A stretch of 64,000 nucleotides of DNA from a virus: the IMG/VR virus record IMGVR_UViG_3300017917_002795, positions 64,001 to 128,000 of that record; one strand, written 5' to 3'. Made by a program: the position numbers and the translations under genes. Positions 9,230 through 19,452 of this stretch are shown here, piece by piece (the first letter of the stretch is position 1; every line of letters begins with the position of its first letter). The notes under the pieces are model-generated. The model worked only from the letters and a program-made list of their open reading frames with translations. It searched no databases and was not told the DNA's origin.

Positions 9230-10234
9230 ATGGCAAAATCAGATTTGCTAAAAGAAGCAATCGCTGATGCTAAAGCTGTTAGAGAAACTGCATTAGCAAA
9301 CGCAAAAATTGCACTTCAAGAACAGTTTGCCCCTAGAATCCAATCAATGCTATCTGCTAAATTAGCTGAAGAATTAGAAGATGAAGAAGTAGCAGCAGAT
9401 TTGGAAGCAGGAGCAGAAGATATCGAAGCAGGTGCAGAAGAATTAGAAGCTGGCGCAGACGCTGGACAAGATGTAGGTGATTTATCAATCGACGCTGATG
9501 GTGACGGAGAATTTGATGAATTTGACATTATGTCTCAAGAGCCAATCGCTGGTGAAGAAGAAATGGGCGCAGAAGCTGGTATGGAAGGCGAAGAAGCTGC
9601 ACCAGACGCAGAGTACGAAGACAGTATGGAAGAAGATCTTAATCTAGAAGAAATTCTACGTGAATTGGAAATGCCTATGGATGACATGGATGCTGAAGCT
9701 GGAATGGAAGCTGAAGAGCCAGTTGCCGAAGGATATGGTCATGATGAAGAAGATGTAGTAGAAGAAAACATCGACGAGATCATTGAAGCTATTCTACGCG
9801 AAACTGAAGAAGTAGAAGATTCGTCAGATGCTTCAAAATTAGAAGAAGAAAATGCAGAATTGAAAGAAGAACTAGAAGAAGCTTATAGCACAGTTAAACA
9901 ACTTAAATCAGTTATCAACGAAGTAAACCTTCTTAATGCAAAACTTCTTTACACAAACAAATTGTTCCGTAACTTTGAATTGAATGAATCACAAAAAATG
10001 AAAGTTATCGAGAACTTTGATAGAGCAGCAAATACAAGAGAAGCAAAATTAGTATTCGCAACATTGGCTGAAAGTTTCAATAAACCTAAATTGACTCCAA
10101 AGCGTAAAATGGTTAAAGAATCAATTGCATCTAAACCTGTTGCTACTACAGCACCATCAAAAGAAACAACACAAATTCTTTCAGAAGGTTTTGAAATGGC
10201 AAACCGTTGGAAGAAATTGGCAGGATTAATTTAA
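9230..10234 (+). CDS. Prohead scaffolding protein (T4 gp22-like)
   Basis: Highly acidic coiled-coil protein directly upstream of capsid gene; AAGGAG RBS. Confidence 0.8.
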   Translation: MAKSDLLKEAIADAKAVRETALANAKIALQEQFAPRIQSMLSAKLAEELEDEEVAADLEAGAEDIEAGAEELEAGADAGQDVGDLSIDADGDGEFDEFDIMSQEPIAGEEEMGAEAGMEGEEAAPDAEYEDSMEEDLNLEEILRELEMPMDDMDAEAGMEAEEPVAEGYGHDEEDVVEENIDEIIEAILRETEEVEDSSDASKLEEENAELKEELEEAYSTVKQLKSVINEVNLLNAKLLYTNKLFRNFELNESQKMKVIENFDRAANTREAKLVFATLAESFNKPKLTPKRKMVKESIASKPVATTAPSKETTQILSEGFEMANRWKKLAGLI

Positions 10235-10264
10235 TTTTTAACAAAAACAAAAAAAAGGATAAAG

Positions 10265-11929
10265 ATGAGTTTAAATTCATTATTACAAAGCCCGGATAAT
10301 TCTCAAAGAGCTGCAGCAGTAGCTACTATTAAGAAATGGGAAAAAACCGGTTTATTAGAAGGTCTTCGTAACGAGACTGAAAAAGCAGGTATGGCTCAAT
10401 TGCTTGAAAACCAAGCACGTCAATTAGTAAAAGAAGCTTCACAAACAGGTACCGCAGAAGGATCTGAAGAGTGGGCTGGTGTAGCACTTCCATTGGTACG
10501 TCGTATCTTTGCTGAATTTGCTGCTAAAGAATTCGTATCAGTTCAACCAATGAACTTGCCTTCAGGTCTAGTATTTTACCTAGATTTTAAATATGGTACA
10601 GGTGTACCAGGATTCACTGCAGATCAAGCAGATCCAGTTTCAGCAGCTGGTCATCCATTTGCATCTCCTGAGTCTGATGATTCATTGTTTGGTGTAACTA
10701 ATACATCTGTTGACCCAACTGGTGGTCTTTATGGTGCTGGTCGTTTTGGTTATTCAATCAACGAAGTTACTGCATCAGTAGCAGCAACAACTGCATCAGT
10801 TGATTCTGGTTCAGTGAATTTTGATTCAGCATATACAAATACAGCATTGTCTGGATATACAAAAGTTTTAGTTTCAACTGGTTCGTTACCTTCAGCAGAT
10901 TTAACTGCAGTTAGATCATTTGTATTAACTTCAGGTTCGGCTGGTACAATTGTAACTACAGCAATGAACATTCCTGCATTTACAAAACTTAATTTATCAT
11001 CAGGAAATGTTGAATTTATCGTGTCTAAATCAGCTGGTATGAATGGTGTATCTGGATATACAGTAGCATATAGCAAACAACCTATCTCTTACAACAGAGG
11101 TGATTTTGAAGATGCAAATCCATTCAAAGGTTCTGGCGCTAATCAAGGTATCAACAACGGTACAGATATCGCAATTCCAGAATTGAACTTGGAGCTTCAA
11201 TCAGAGCCAATCGTTGCTAAAACACGTAAGTTGAAAGCAGTTTGGACTCCTGAATTTGCTCAAGACCTTAACGCTTACCATTCAATTGATGCTGAAGCTG
11301 AATTGACTTCAATGCTTTCTGAGTATGTATCTATGGAAATCGATTTAGAGATTCTTGATATGTTGATTTCTGCAGCTCCAACAACTGAGTATTGGTCAGC
11401 TAAAAACAATAACATCTGGAATGGTTCTGGATTCACACAATCATCTGCAGTAGCTGGTGATGGTTTCTATAACACTCAAGGTGGATGGTTCCAAACATTG
11501 GGTACTAAACTTCAAAAAGTGTCTAACAAAATTCACCAAAAAACATTGCGTGGTGGTGCTAACTTCTTAGTAACTTCTCCTGCAGTTGCAACTATTCTTG
11601 AGTCTATCCCAGGATTTGCTGCTGACACTGATGGTACTAAATTAGAATTTGCTGCTGGTGTTCAAAAAATTGGTGCTATCAATAACAGATACACAGTTTA
11701 CAAAAACCCATACATGAAAGAGAACGTAATCCTTATGGGATTCAGAGGAGCACAATTCCTTGAAACAGGTGCTGTTTATTCTCCATACATTCCACTTATC
11801 ATGACTCCATTGATTTATGATCCAATCAACTTCACTCCACGTAAAGGTGTTATGACACGTTACGCGAAGAAAGTGGTTCGTCCAGAGTTCTACGGTAAAG
11901 TATATGTACATGGTTTAGAAACTCTTTAA
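10265..11929 (+). CDS. Major capsid protein (T4 gp23-like)
   Basis: VQPMNLPSGLVF, AKTRKLKAVWTPEFAQDLNAYHSIDAEAEL, YSPYIPL and PRKGVMTRY motifs. Confidence 0.97.
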   Translation: MSLNSLLQSPDNSQRAAAVATIKKWEKTGLLEGLRNETEKAGMAQLLENQARQLVKEASQTGTAEGSEEWAGVALPLVRRIFAEFAAKEFVSVQPMNLPSGLVFYLDFKYGTGVPGFTADQADPVSAAGHPFASPESDDSLFGVTNTSVDPTGGLYGAGRFGYSINEVTASVAATTASVDSGSVNFDSAYTNTALSGYTKVLVSTGSLPSADLTAVRSFVLTSGSAGTIVTTAMNIPAFTKLNLSSGNVEFIVSKSAGMNGVSGYTVAYSKQPISYNRGDFEDANPFKGSGANQGINNGTDIAIPELNLELQSEPIVAKTRKLKAVWTPEFAQDLNAYHSIDAEAELTSMLSEYVSMEIDLEILDMLISAAPTTEYWSAKNNNIWNGSGFTQSSAVAGDGFYNTQGGWFQTLGTKLQKVSNKIHQKTLRGGANFLVTSPAVATILESIPGFAADTDGTKLEFAAGVQKIGAINNRYTVYKNPYMKENVILMGFRGAQFLETGAVYSPYIPLIMTPLIYDPINFTPRKGVMTRYAKKVVRPEFYGKVYVHGLETL

Positions 11930-11950
11930 TAGTTAACTATTTACTAATTA

Positions 11951-11987
11951 GAAAGGGGGTGGCTTCGGTCACCCCTTTCTTACTGTT
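11951..11987 (+). terminator. Intrinsic terminator (UUCG loop) followed by ACTGTT and late motif
   Basis: GAAAGGGGGTGGC-TTCG-GTCACCCCTTTC. Confidence 0.85.
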
Positions 11988-12012
11988 TGTATATTTATAT
12001 TAAAAAAAGATT

Positions 12013-12288
12013 ATGGCAGTAGATAGACACAAATATTCAATGGATGTGATCATACGATATGCTGGTCGTTTGATTGATGTATTAGATCGTTTGCGAGCAA
12101 TTCGAATGGTGTTGATGGTTCATATTGAACAAGATTTAGGTCCTGATAAAGAACGCATTAACATTAAAATCATGACTCCATATCCACCTCGTGAAACTTT
12201 TCATGCAATTCGTAAATTAGCTCTAGGAAAGATTGAAGAATTACATGAAATGTCTCTACAGGAATCAACTCTTACGAAACTATTTTAA
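12013..12288 (+). CDS. Hypothetical protein
   Basis: ORF with own late motif at 11991. Confidence 0.7.
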   Translation: MAVDRHKYSMDVIIRYAGRLIDVLDRLRAIRMVLMVHIEQDLGPDKERINIKIMTPYPPRETFHAIRKLALGKIEELHEMSLQESTLTKLF

Positions 12289-12360
12289 TGATATGTCTGT
12301 TGATATAAAATACATCACAGTATTATCAATAAATATATTTATATAAAAAAAAAGGATATC

Positions 12361-13584
12361 ATGGATTACAGCGAAAATAAGCCAATATGGCCTGGATCAT
12401 CTTCATTTTCCCCTGGTAAAACACCGTTTGGATATTTTGATTCTGATCCGGTATTTGCTTCGCATGCTGATAAGTTTGCTGAGTTTGCTGCTAATTCAGT
12501 TGGTTATCCAGTAATGGATGTTGAACTTCAAGATGTTAACTTTTATACGGCATTTGAAGCTGCTGTAATAGAATATTCAAATCAAGTAAATCAAGTTAAT
12601 ATAGTTAACAATTTGCTCAATACAATAGGATTGCAAACTCAATCTAATCTAATAGGAAGTGAAGGTTTAACTGGAAAACCAGTAGGTAATTCACTTTCAT
12701 ACATTGTTAAACTGAGTAAAGCATACGGAACTGAAGCTGAATCGGGTGGTACCATTAAATGGTATTCTGCATCATTTGATGTGGTGAATATGAAACAAAC
12801 ATATAGTATCCGCGAAGCAGTTTCAGCATCATTAGGCATCACTTTAAGTGATACTAGTTCAATTGAAATACGCAGAGTGTTGCACTATATGCCGCCTGCC
12901 ATTGTTAGATATTTTGATCCATTTGTTGGAACGGGATTAGGTTCTCAAGCATTATTAGATGCATTTGATTTCGGAGGATTTTCTCCTTCTGTAAACTTCA
13001 TGATGATGCCAATACATGCAGATTTACTTCGTTTGCAAGCCATTGAGTTCAATGATCAGATACGTAAATCACATTTTTCTTTTGATATTCATGGAGATGA
13101 TATACGGATTTATCCGGTACCAGGAACACAAGGAACTGCATCTACGCCATATTTTGGGAAGGTTTGGTTTGAATTCTTGTTTGAAGAACAAAAAAATAAG
13201 GATGCACTCTTATTTGGCAATACAGCACTTGTAAACGGTGTTGTCAGTGACGCATCTAATATACCATATACGTTCCAAACATACGGGAACATTAATGATA
13301 TGGGGCGTGCGTGGATACTGAGATATGGTTCGGCACTTGCCAAAGAAATGTTAGGTTTCGTCCGCAATAAGTATTCTTCTGTGCCAATACCGAATGGCGA
13401 AGTAACGCTTAATGGTGCAGAATTAGTATCACAAGCACAGAGTGAAAAAACAGAATTAATTTCTCAACTGAGAGAATTTTTAGAAAAATTGACAAAAGAA
13501 CAAATGTTGACGCGTCAAACGGCTGAAGCAAATCAAATGAATGAGTTGCTAGCAAAAGCGCCGTTGCGCATATATGTTGGATAA
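12361..13584 (+). CDS. Neck/head-tail adaptor protein (T4 gp13-like)
   Basis: GYPVMDVEL N-terminal motif; WILRYGSALAKEMLGFVRNKY...VTLNG C-terminal motif. Confidence 0.8.
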   Translation: MDYSENKPIWPGSSSFSPGKTPFGYFDSDPVFASHADKFAEFAANSVGYPVMDVELQDVNFYTAFEAAVIEYSNQVNQVNIVNNLLNTIGLQTQSNLIGSEGLTGKPVGNSLSYIVKLSKAYGTEAESGGTIKWYSASFDVVNMKQTYSIREAVSASLGITLSDTSSIEIRRVLHYMPPAIVRYFDPFVGTGLGSQALLDAFDFGGFSPSVNFMMMPIHADLLRLQAIEFNDQIRKSHFSFDIHGDDIRIYPVPGTQGTASTPYFGKVWFEFLFEEQKNKDALLFGNTALVNGVVSDASNIPYTFQTYGNINDMGRAWILRYGSALAKEMLGFVRNKYSSVPIPNGEVTLNGAELVSQAQSEKTELISQLREFLEKLTKEQMLTRQTAEANQMNELLAKAPLRIYVG

Positions 13585-13595
13585 GGAGTTAGACG

Positions 13596-14114
13596 ATGGC
13601 ACTTTTTGGAGGAAAACGGGATGCACGTTTCTTGGCTTCTATCAATGCGGAGTTGATCAATGCTATCGTAGATACAGAAATTGAATACTTCAAACTGCAA
13701 GTAGAACAAAGCAATTCTAATCTATATGGAGAATCTGAACGAAAAGCATATTTTGATTCAATATTGATTCCATGTTTGATTACAAAAGATGAAAAAGCTT
13801 CTGCAATGGATGATTATGGTCATACATATACACGTACTGCCAAGTTTGCATTGTCTCGAGATTTATTAGAACGAGCTGGTTTATATCCGGAAGTTGGTGA
13901 TATTGTGTTATGGGATAATGAATATTTTGAAATCGATAATGTTGATGCAAATCAATATTTTGTAGGTAAGAATCCAGAAACATGGCCAAACGGAGACGAT
14001 CATGGATACAGTGTTTCGGTGGTATGTGATGCCCATGCAACTCGTCAAACACCATTAGGTATACGAGATATTCGGCGAGGTGGTAACAATGATTTTGGAT
14101 ATAAAGGATTTTAA
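13596..14114 (+). CDS. Head closure/neck protein (T4 gp14-like)
   Basis: NLYGE and YPEVGDIVLW..YFEI motifs; position after gp13. Confidence 0.75.
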   Translation: MALFGGKRDARFLASINAELINAIVDTEIEYFKLQVEQSNSNLYGESERKAYFDSILIPCLITKDEKASAMDDYGHTYTRTAKFALSRDLLERAGLYPEVGDIVLWDNEYFEIDNVDANQYFVGKNPETWPNGDDHGYSVSVVCDAHATRQTPLGIRDIRRGGNNDFGYKGF

Positions 14115-15337
14115 TGGCCAAGAATAGACAAAACATAGATCGTAAAACTAACAAACCTAATCCGCGTCGCACAGAAGGTCTTACACCAGATCCAATTTTA
14201 AATCGTGCTGAGCAGATACGCAGAGATGATGATGTTATTCGCACTGAAAAGCGTACGGTTTATGATATTGACTTTGCTATCAAATGGTACATTGACAATG
14301 AAATTCAGCCACAAATTATGGCAGATCAAACCCTAATTCCAGTACCAGTAATATTTGCCAACGGAGAAAAATGGGACAATGTCCGCAGATTAGGTTATCT
14401 TCGTGATGAAAAGGGTAAGCTTCAATCTCCACTCATCATGCTGAAACGAAATTCAGTGCAAGAACGAGATAACAACAAACATCTGGATGTTAACCGACAG
14501 TTTCCAGGAAACCAATTTGTTCACAAACAATCATATAATAAACGAAACCGATACGAAGATCAACTTTTTCCAATACCAAATCCACAACGCGCTGAATCAA
14601 AAGAAATCTATGTAATTGATATTCCAAAATATGTAACTGTTGAATATGAAATGTTGATGTGGTGTGATTTTACCACACAACTAAATGATTTAATTGATCA
14701 ACTACTTCCATATAATCGTTATGGATGGGGCAATGAGTCAAACAAGTTTCATGTGTCATATGGTGCTACTAGTTTTGAAACAGTTAATACGGTTGGGGAA
14801 GATCGCTTAGTTCGTGCTACTTTGCCGATGACTGTGTTAGGCACATTGTTATCAGCTCAAGAAACTCGAGTGGAAACATTGAGAAAGATGTATTCAATTA
14901 AAAAAGTTTCATTTGATGTTATAGTAGATGTTGGCGACTTAAATATATTTTCGACAACTACAGTGCCACAAAACATTTTGCAATACCAGACCAATGTATT
15001 ATCTGGTGCTAATATTGTTGTTAGCGGAGGCGGCGGAGCACAAACAATTAATGCTACTGCAATGACATATTTGACCAATGTAACGGAACGACAATCTGCA
15101 TATGTAAATTCAACTACCATAACAATTGCTGCACTTGCTGCCGTGAATCCTGTATTATATACAACCGCAACTAAAGATGAATTTGATTTATATATTAATG
15201 GTCAATACATTGATAAAGCGGCATATACATGGACACCTAGTGATATTTTATCGCAAACGATTGTGTTTGATACTGCTATATTGAATTATAGTATAGATCC
15301 ATCTGATGTGATAATTGTTAAAGGGAGATGGGCATAA
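14114..15337 (+). CDS. Tail terminator/sheath stabiliser (T4 gp15-like) with extra C-terminal YING domain
   Basis: VPVIFANGEKW and P.YVTVEYEM motifs; position; C-terminal FDLYING beta domain. Confidence 0.7.
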   Translation: MAKNRQNIDRKTNKPNPRRTEGLTPDPILNRAEQIRRDDDVIRTEKRTVYDIDFAIKWYIDNEIQPQIMADQTLIPVPVIFANGEKWDNVRRLGYLRDEKGKLQSPLIMLKRNSVQERDNNKHLDVNRQFPGNQFVHKQSYNKRNRYEDQLFPIPNPQRAESKEIYVIDIPKYVTVEYEMLMWCDFTTQLNDLIDQLLPYNRYGWGNESNKFHVSYGATSFETVNTVGEDRLVRATLPMTVLGTLLSAQETRVETLRKMYSIKKVSFDVIVDVGDLNIFSTTTVPQNILQYQTNVLSGANIVVSGGGGAQTINATAMTYLTNVTERQSAYVNSTTITIAALAAVNPVLYTTATKDEFDLYINGQYIDKAAYTWTPSDILSQTIVFDTAILNYSIDPSDVIIVKGRWA

Positions 15338-15945
15338 TGAGGCAATTCAAACCGGGTCAGTTACAATCAGGATCTTTATATCCAATTTCAGCCAGTTTTG
15401 CATTAACTGCTTCATATGCTACAAATGCTGGCATTGACACCGGATCACTTGTTTCTACAGCATCATTTAATTCATTTACTGCATCATATACAACCGGATC
15501 ATTTACAGGATCATTCATCGGAGATGGAAGTGGTTTAACCGGCGTTATACCTCCTTTAAGTTCTAGTTATATATTTGTTGGTAACGCATCTAATGTTGCA
15601 ACCGGCGTTTCAATGTCTGGAGATGTTGCAATTGATCAGAATGGTGTTACTACAATTCAACCGCATGTAGTTTCTTATGATAAGATTCAATATGTTTCTC
15701 AATCTGCTATATTAGGTTCGTTAAGTGGATCTGGATCGCCAGTATCTGAAATTCCAATTATTGATGCATACTTAACCTCTAGCATTCCGGCTTCATTGCT
15801 CAATGACACAAACAATTGGGATATTAATGGAAACTACATAGGAACTGCAATATCGGGCACATATCAAGGACAATCACATTACAATGCAAACTATTGGTTT
15901 ACAGCAGTCAATGACAATACGTGGATAAGATTAATTAGAGGATAA
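15337..15945 (+). CDS. Ser/Thr/Gly-rich fibre-type structural protein
   Basis: TASYA and FTGSFIGDGSGL motifs shared with other fibre genes; TAATG overlap. Confidence 0.6.
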   Translation: MRQFKPGQLQSGSLYPISASFALTASYATNAGIDTGSLVSTASFNSFTASYTTGSFTGSFIGDGSGLTGVIPPLSSSYIFVGNASNVATGVSMSGDVAIDQNGVTTIQPHVVSYDKIQYVSQSAILGSLSGSGSPVSEIPIIDAYLTSSIPASLLNDTNNWDINGNYIGTAISGTYQGQSHYNANYWFTAVNDNTWIRLIRG

Positions 15946-15951
15946 CACAGA

Positions 15952-16434
15952 ATGAGCATTATTTTATACAAAGATCGTTTCATATCTAATAGCACGCCAG
16001 TCGATGTGTTATTAGAAGGTGGTGCGTTCCGTGTATTTGAAGGCGATATTTCTGAGTTAAACAATTTACCGCAAGACCGGCGAAAACCAGGTATGATTTG
16101 TGGTATATTGAATGGCCAGTCTTACTACATATTGAATCAGGGTCCATGGTCATACACAGATTCGGATTGGGAAGAAATTGTTGTTGTTCGAAAATCACAA
16201 GAAATATATTTTGTTGATAAAGAAACACCAACCGGCACGGTAGATGATATGAACATGATATTTGAATTACAACATCAACCAGTTGCAGATTCAGAACATG
16301 TTTATATTAATGGTATACTTCAAACGCCAGGAGATACTGCAGATTATGTTATCGCAACCAATCAAATCATATTTGCTGAACCACCATTTCCTGGTGCTAA
16401 TATACGGTGTACATACCGATATGTAAATGTTTAA
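15952..16434 (+). CDS. Structural protein with C-terminal YING beta domain
   Basis: ETPTGTVD...SEHVYINGILQ...DY...IIFAEPP resembles C-terminus of the 16833 protein. Confidence 0.6.
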   Translation: MSIILYKDRFISNSTPVDVLLEGGAFRVFEGDISELNNLPQDRRKPGMICGILNGQSYYILNQGPWSYTDSDWEEIVVVRKSQEIYFVDKETPTGTVDDMNMIFELQHQPVADSEHVYINGILQTPGDTADYVIATNQIIFAEPPFPGANIRCTYRYVNV

Positions 16435-16527
16435 AAATTTTTCGCCAATATTGTATAGTTTTTTGTAGTTTTATAAAACATGCATATATTTATATTTGAA
16501 TTCAAAAAAAATAGAATTCTTATTTAT

Positions 16528-16749
16528 ATGAACTATTTAACTTCAGATTTATATTTAACGGCCTACCTTAAGATCAAGGGACATAAATTCATTGTAGAAA
16601 AATCTGCAAAGAAATCTACATTTGTTTTCCAATCTAGTCCCGAACTATTATCCCATGTAGATGAATATTTAACGGAAACGGGTTCGTGCGAACCTTTGGC
16701 TTTCACAAATGCCATAAAGAACCTTAAAAATCTTTTATTCAACAAGTAA
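16528..16749 (+). CDS. Small DUF5659-like protein
   Basis: TSDLYLTAYL...FVF motif; ATG at 16528; late motif at 16486. Confidence 0.5.
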   Translation: MNYLTSDLYLTAYLKIKGHKFIVEKSAKKSTFVFQSSPELLSHVDEYLTETGSCEPLAFTNAIKNLKNLLFNK

Positions 16750-16832
16750 TCCGGTTGGATTGCTACATTTTGAATGGGATCATACTGGTTCATTGAACTT
16801 AATTAATTTTTAAAAAAAAGGAACAAAACAAA

Positions 16833-19364
16833 ATGTCTACAACTAAAATCGTCTTAAATAGACAATCTGATTTAATTTTAGATAACGCGCAAATCACTGC
16901 TCCGGTTGGTATCGTTGTTGCGGATATCGATGGTTTAGAATCAGCAATTGCTTCTATCGATTCTAACGTGTCAACTGAAGTTTCTCGCGAGATCTCTTCT
17001 AGAGTATCTGGTGATGCATCTGTTGCTGCAAATTTATCTACAGAAGTTGAAAACCGTGAAGCTGCAGTATCTGCTGAAGAATCTCGTGCAATGGTAGCTG
17101 AGCAATCATTACAAAACAATATCGATGCTGAAGCATCTGTACGTATTGTTGGTGATGAAAGTTTAGAAGCTGCAATGTCAACTGCTGATGCTTCATTGGA
17201 TGCTAAAGTATCTTCTGAAACTGCTCGTGCAGAATCAGCTGAATCTTCATTAGAAGGTAGAATTGATTACATCGTATCAAACGTTGATCCTGCTGCTTTA
17301 GATTCATTAACTGAAATCGTTGGTGCTTTCCAAAGTGCAGATGGTGACCTTAACGGTGCTATCACTTCATTGGCTACTGCTGCTGGTGCTTCTTTAAGCT
17401 CTGAAGTATCTCGTGCTACATCAGCTGAAGCTTCTTTGGCTTCTGATCTATCTGTTGAAATCGCTGATAGAGAAGCTGCTATCTCATTAGAAGAAGCTGC
17501 TCGTATCTCAGGCGATGCTTCTGTTGTTGCTGACTTGTCTGTTGAAACTGCAAACCGTGAGGCTGCTGTATCGGCTGAGGCTTCTGCACGAGTATCTGGT
17601 GATGCAAGTTTAGAGTCTAAAATTACTGCTGATTTATCTACTGCAAATGCTTCTATCGAAGGTGCATTGAGTACTGAAATTTCAGCTCGTATCTCTGATG
17701 TAGATGCTGAAGAATCTGCTCGTATTTCTGGTGATGCTTCTTTAAGTGCTGCACTTTCTGTTGAAGTATCGGCAAGAATCGCTGACGTTGATGCTGAAGA
17801 GTCTGCTCGTATCGCTGCTGTAAGTGTTGAAGAATCTGCTAGAGTATCTGGTGATGCTTCTTTGGCTGCTGGTTTGTCTTCTGAAGTATCTGCAAGAATC
17901 GCAGATGTAGACGCTGAAGAATCAAGAGCAATGAGTGTTGAAGGCGTATTGAGCGCTGATTTATCATCTGAAGTATCTGCAAGAATTGCTGATGTTGACG
18001 CTGAACAATCAAGAGCTGAATCTGCTGAAGCATCATTGGCTTCTGGACTTTCTGTTGAAGTATCTGCAAGAATTGCTGATGTTGATGCTGAACAATCAAG
18101 AGCTGAATCTGCTGAAGCTTCTTTAAACGTTGCTTTGTCTTCTGAAGTTTCTGCAAGAATCGCTGACGTTGACGCTGAAGAGTCTGCAAGAATATCTGCA
18201 ATTGACAACGAAGCTTCTATCCGTTTGGCTGCTGACCAATCATTGGCAACGGCTGTATCTGCTGAAGCATCACGTATCGATGTTATCCTTGATGGTTCAG
18301 ATGTTGATCTTGATCAATTTGCTGAAATCGTTGAGTTCGTTAACGGAATTGACCTTGAAAACGATAACGCATTGTTAAGTGCTGTAACTTCAATTGGTTT
18401 AGATATCGATGCTGAAGAATCTCGCGCGGTATCTGCTGAAGCTTCTTTGAACTCTGCATTATCTGTTGAAATCTCAGCTCGTATCTCTGATGTAGATGCT
18501 GAACAATCACGTGCAGAATCAGCTGAAGCATCTTTGGCTTCTGGTCTTTCTGTTGAAATCTCAGCTCGTATCTCTGACGTTGACGCTGAAGAATCTCGTG
18601 CAATGAGTGTTGAAGCTGTATTAAGTGGTGATTTATCTTCTGAAGTTTCAGCTCGTATTGCTGATGTTGACGCTGAAGAATCTCGTGCGGTATCTGCTGA
18701 AGCGTCTTTAAACGTTGCTTTATCTTCTGAAATTTCAAGAGCTGAATCTGCTGAAGCGTCTTTAGCTACTGAATTATCTTACGAAGTATCTTACTTAATT
18801 GCAAACACAGACTTAACTTCAATTGACTCATTTGCTGAAGTATCAACTGAATTGTCAAATGAAATCTCTACAAGAGAATCTGCTGACAACTCACTTGAAG
18901 CTTATGTTTCAACTGAAATCGATGGTTTGGCTGCAGCTGATGAAGCAACTATTGAACTTGATACTGTTGGAAACGTAATTCGTTTGAAAGAAACAATTGC
19001 AGCACCTGCAAGTGGTTTAAGAACATTCGAAGGTGATGTTGAAGTATCTGGTGACTTGACAGTTGGTGGTGTTAACGTAATTGCTGAAATTAGCTCAGAA
19101 GTTTCTCGTGCAGAATCTGCTGAATTGAGCTTGGCTGATGACTTTGCAAACATCTACTTCAAGAAAGTTGCTGTATCTGGAACAATTAATGGTTCAAACG
19201 ATGTATTTACTCTAGCAAGTGCTGTAAGAAATGGCTCAGAAGCTATTTACTTGAACGGTCTATTGTTGAGTGCATCTGATGACTATGCAGTTTCTGGTAC
19301 ATCGTTAACATTTGTTGCCGCTCCTGAAGCTGGTGATAAAGTTGTTGTTTACGGTATGTATTAA
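16833..19364 (+). CDS. Long acidic coiled-coil fibre (11-11-7 repeats) with C-terminal YLNG domain
   Basis: EVSARIADVDA/EESRAESAEAS/LASGLSV repeats; codon bias like capsid gene; AAAGGA RBS. Confidence 0.8.
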   Translation: MSTTKIVLNRQSDLILDNAQITAPVGIVVADIDGLESAIASIDSNVSTEVSREISSRVSGDASVAANLSTEVENREAAVSAEESRAMVAEQSLQNNIDAEASVRIVGDESLEAAMSTADASLDAKVSSETARAESAESSLEGRIDYIVSNVDPAALDSLTEIVGAFQSADGDLNGAITSLATAAGASLSSEVSRATSAEASLASDLSVEIADREAAISLEEAARISGDASVVADLSVETANREAAVSAEASARVSGDASLESKITADLSTANASIEGALSTEISARISDVDAEESARISGDASLSAALSVEVSARIADVDAEESARIAAVSVEESARVSGDASLAAGLSSEVSARIADVDAEESRAMSVEGVLSADLSSEVSARIADVDAEQSRAESAEASLASGLSVEVSARIADVDAEQSRAESAEASLNVALSSEVSARIADVDAEESARISAIDNEASIRLAADQSLATAVSAEASRIDVILDGSDVDLDQFAEIVEFVNGIDLENDNALLSAVTSIGLDIDAEESRAVSAEASLNSALSVEISARISDVDAEQSRAESAEASLASGLSVEISARISDVDAEESRAMSVEAVLSGDLSSEVSARIADVDAEESRAVSAEASLNVALSSEISRAESAEASLATELSYEVSYLIANTDLTSIDSFAEVSTELSNEISTRESADNSLEAYVSTEIDGLAAADEATIELDTVGNVIRLKETIAAPASGLRTFEGDVEVSGDLTVGGVNVIAEISSEVSRAESAELSLADDFANIYFKKVAVSGTINGSNDVFTLASAVRNGSEAIYLNGLLLSASDDYAVSGTSLTFVAAPEAGDKVVVYGMY
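17670..18770 (+). repeat. Imperfect 87-bp (29-aa) coding tandem repeats (approximate bounds)
   Basis: Recurrent tctgaagtatctgcaagaat..gctgatgttgacgctgaa units. Confidence 0.8.
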
Positions 19365-19378
19365 TAGTTTAAATTTAT

Positions 19379-19401
19379 GGGGAGGATGAAATACTCCTCC
19401 C
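19379..19401 (+). terminator. Hairpin between fibre and LRR genes, abutting late motif
   Basis: GGGAGGA-TGAAATAC-TCCTCCC; U-tract weak. Confidence 0.55.
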
Positions 19402-19452
19402 TATATTTATACAAAACAAAATAAATAAACTAAAAAAAAATAAAAAAAAACT

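Noticed and set aside
17267-18738. Long antisense ORFs (313, 120, 132 aa) over the coiled-coil gene
   Set aside because: Shadows of repetitive GCT/GAA/TCT codon usage; no RBS or promoter
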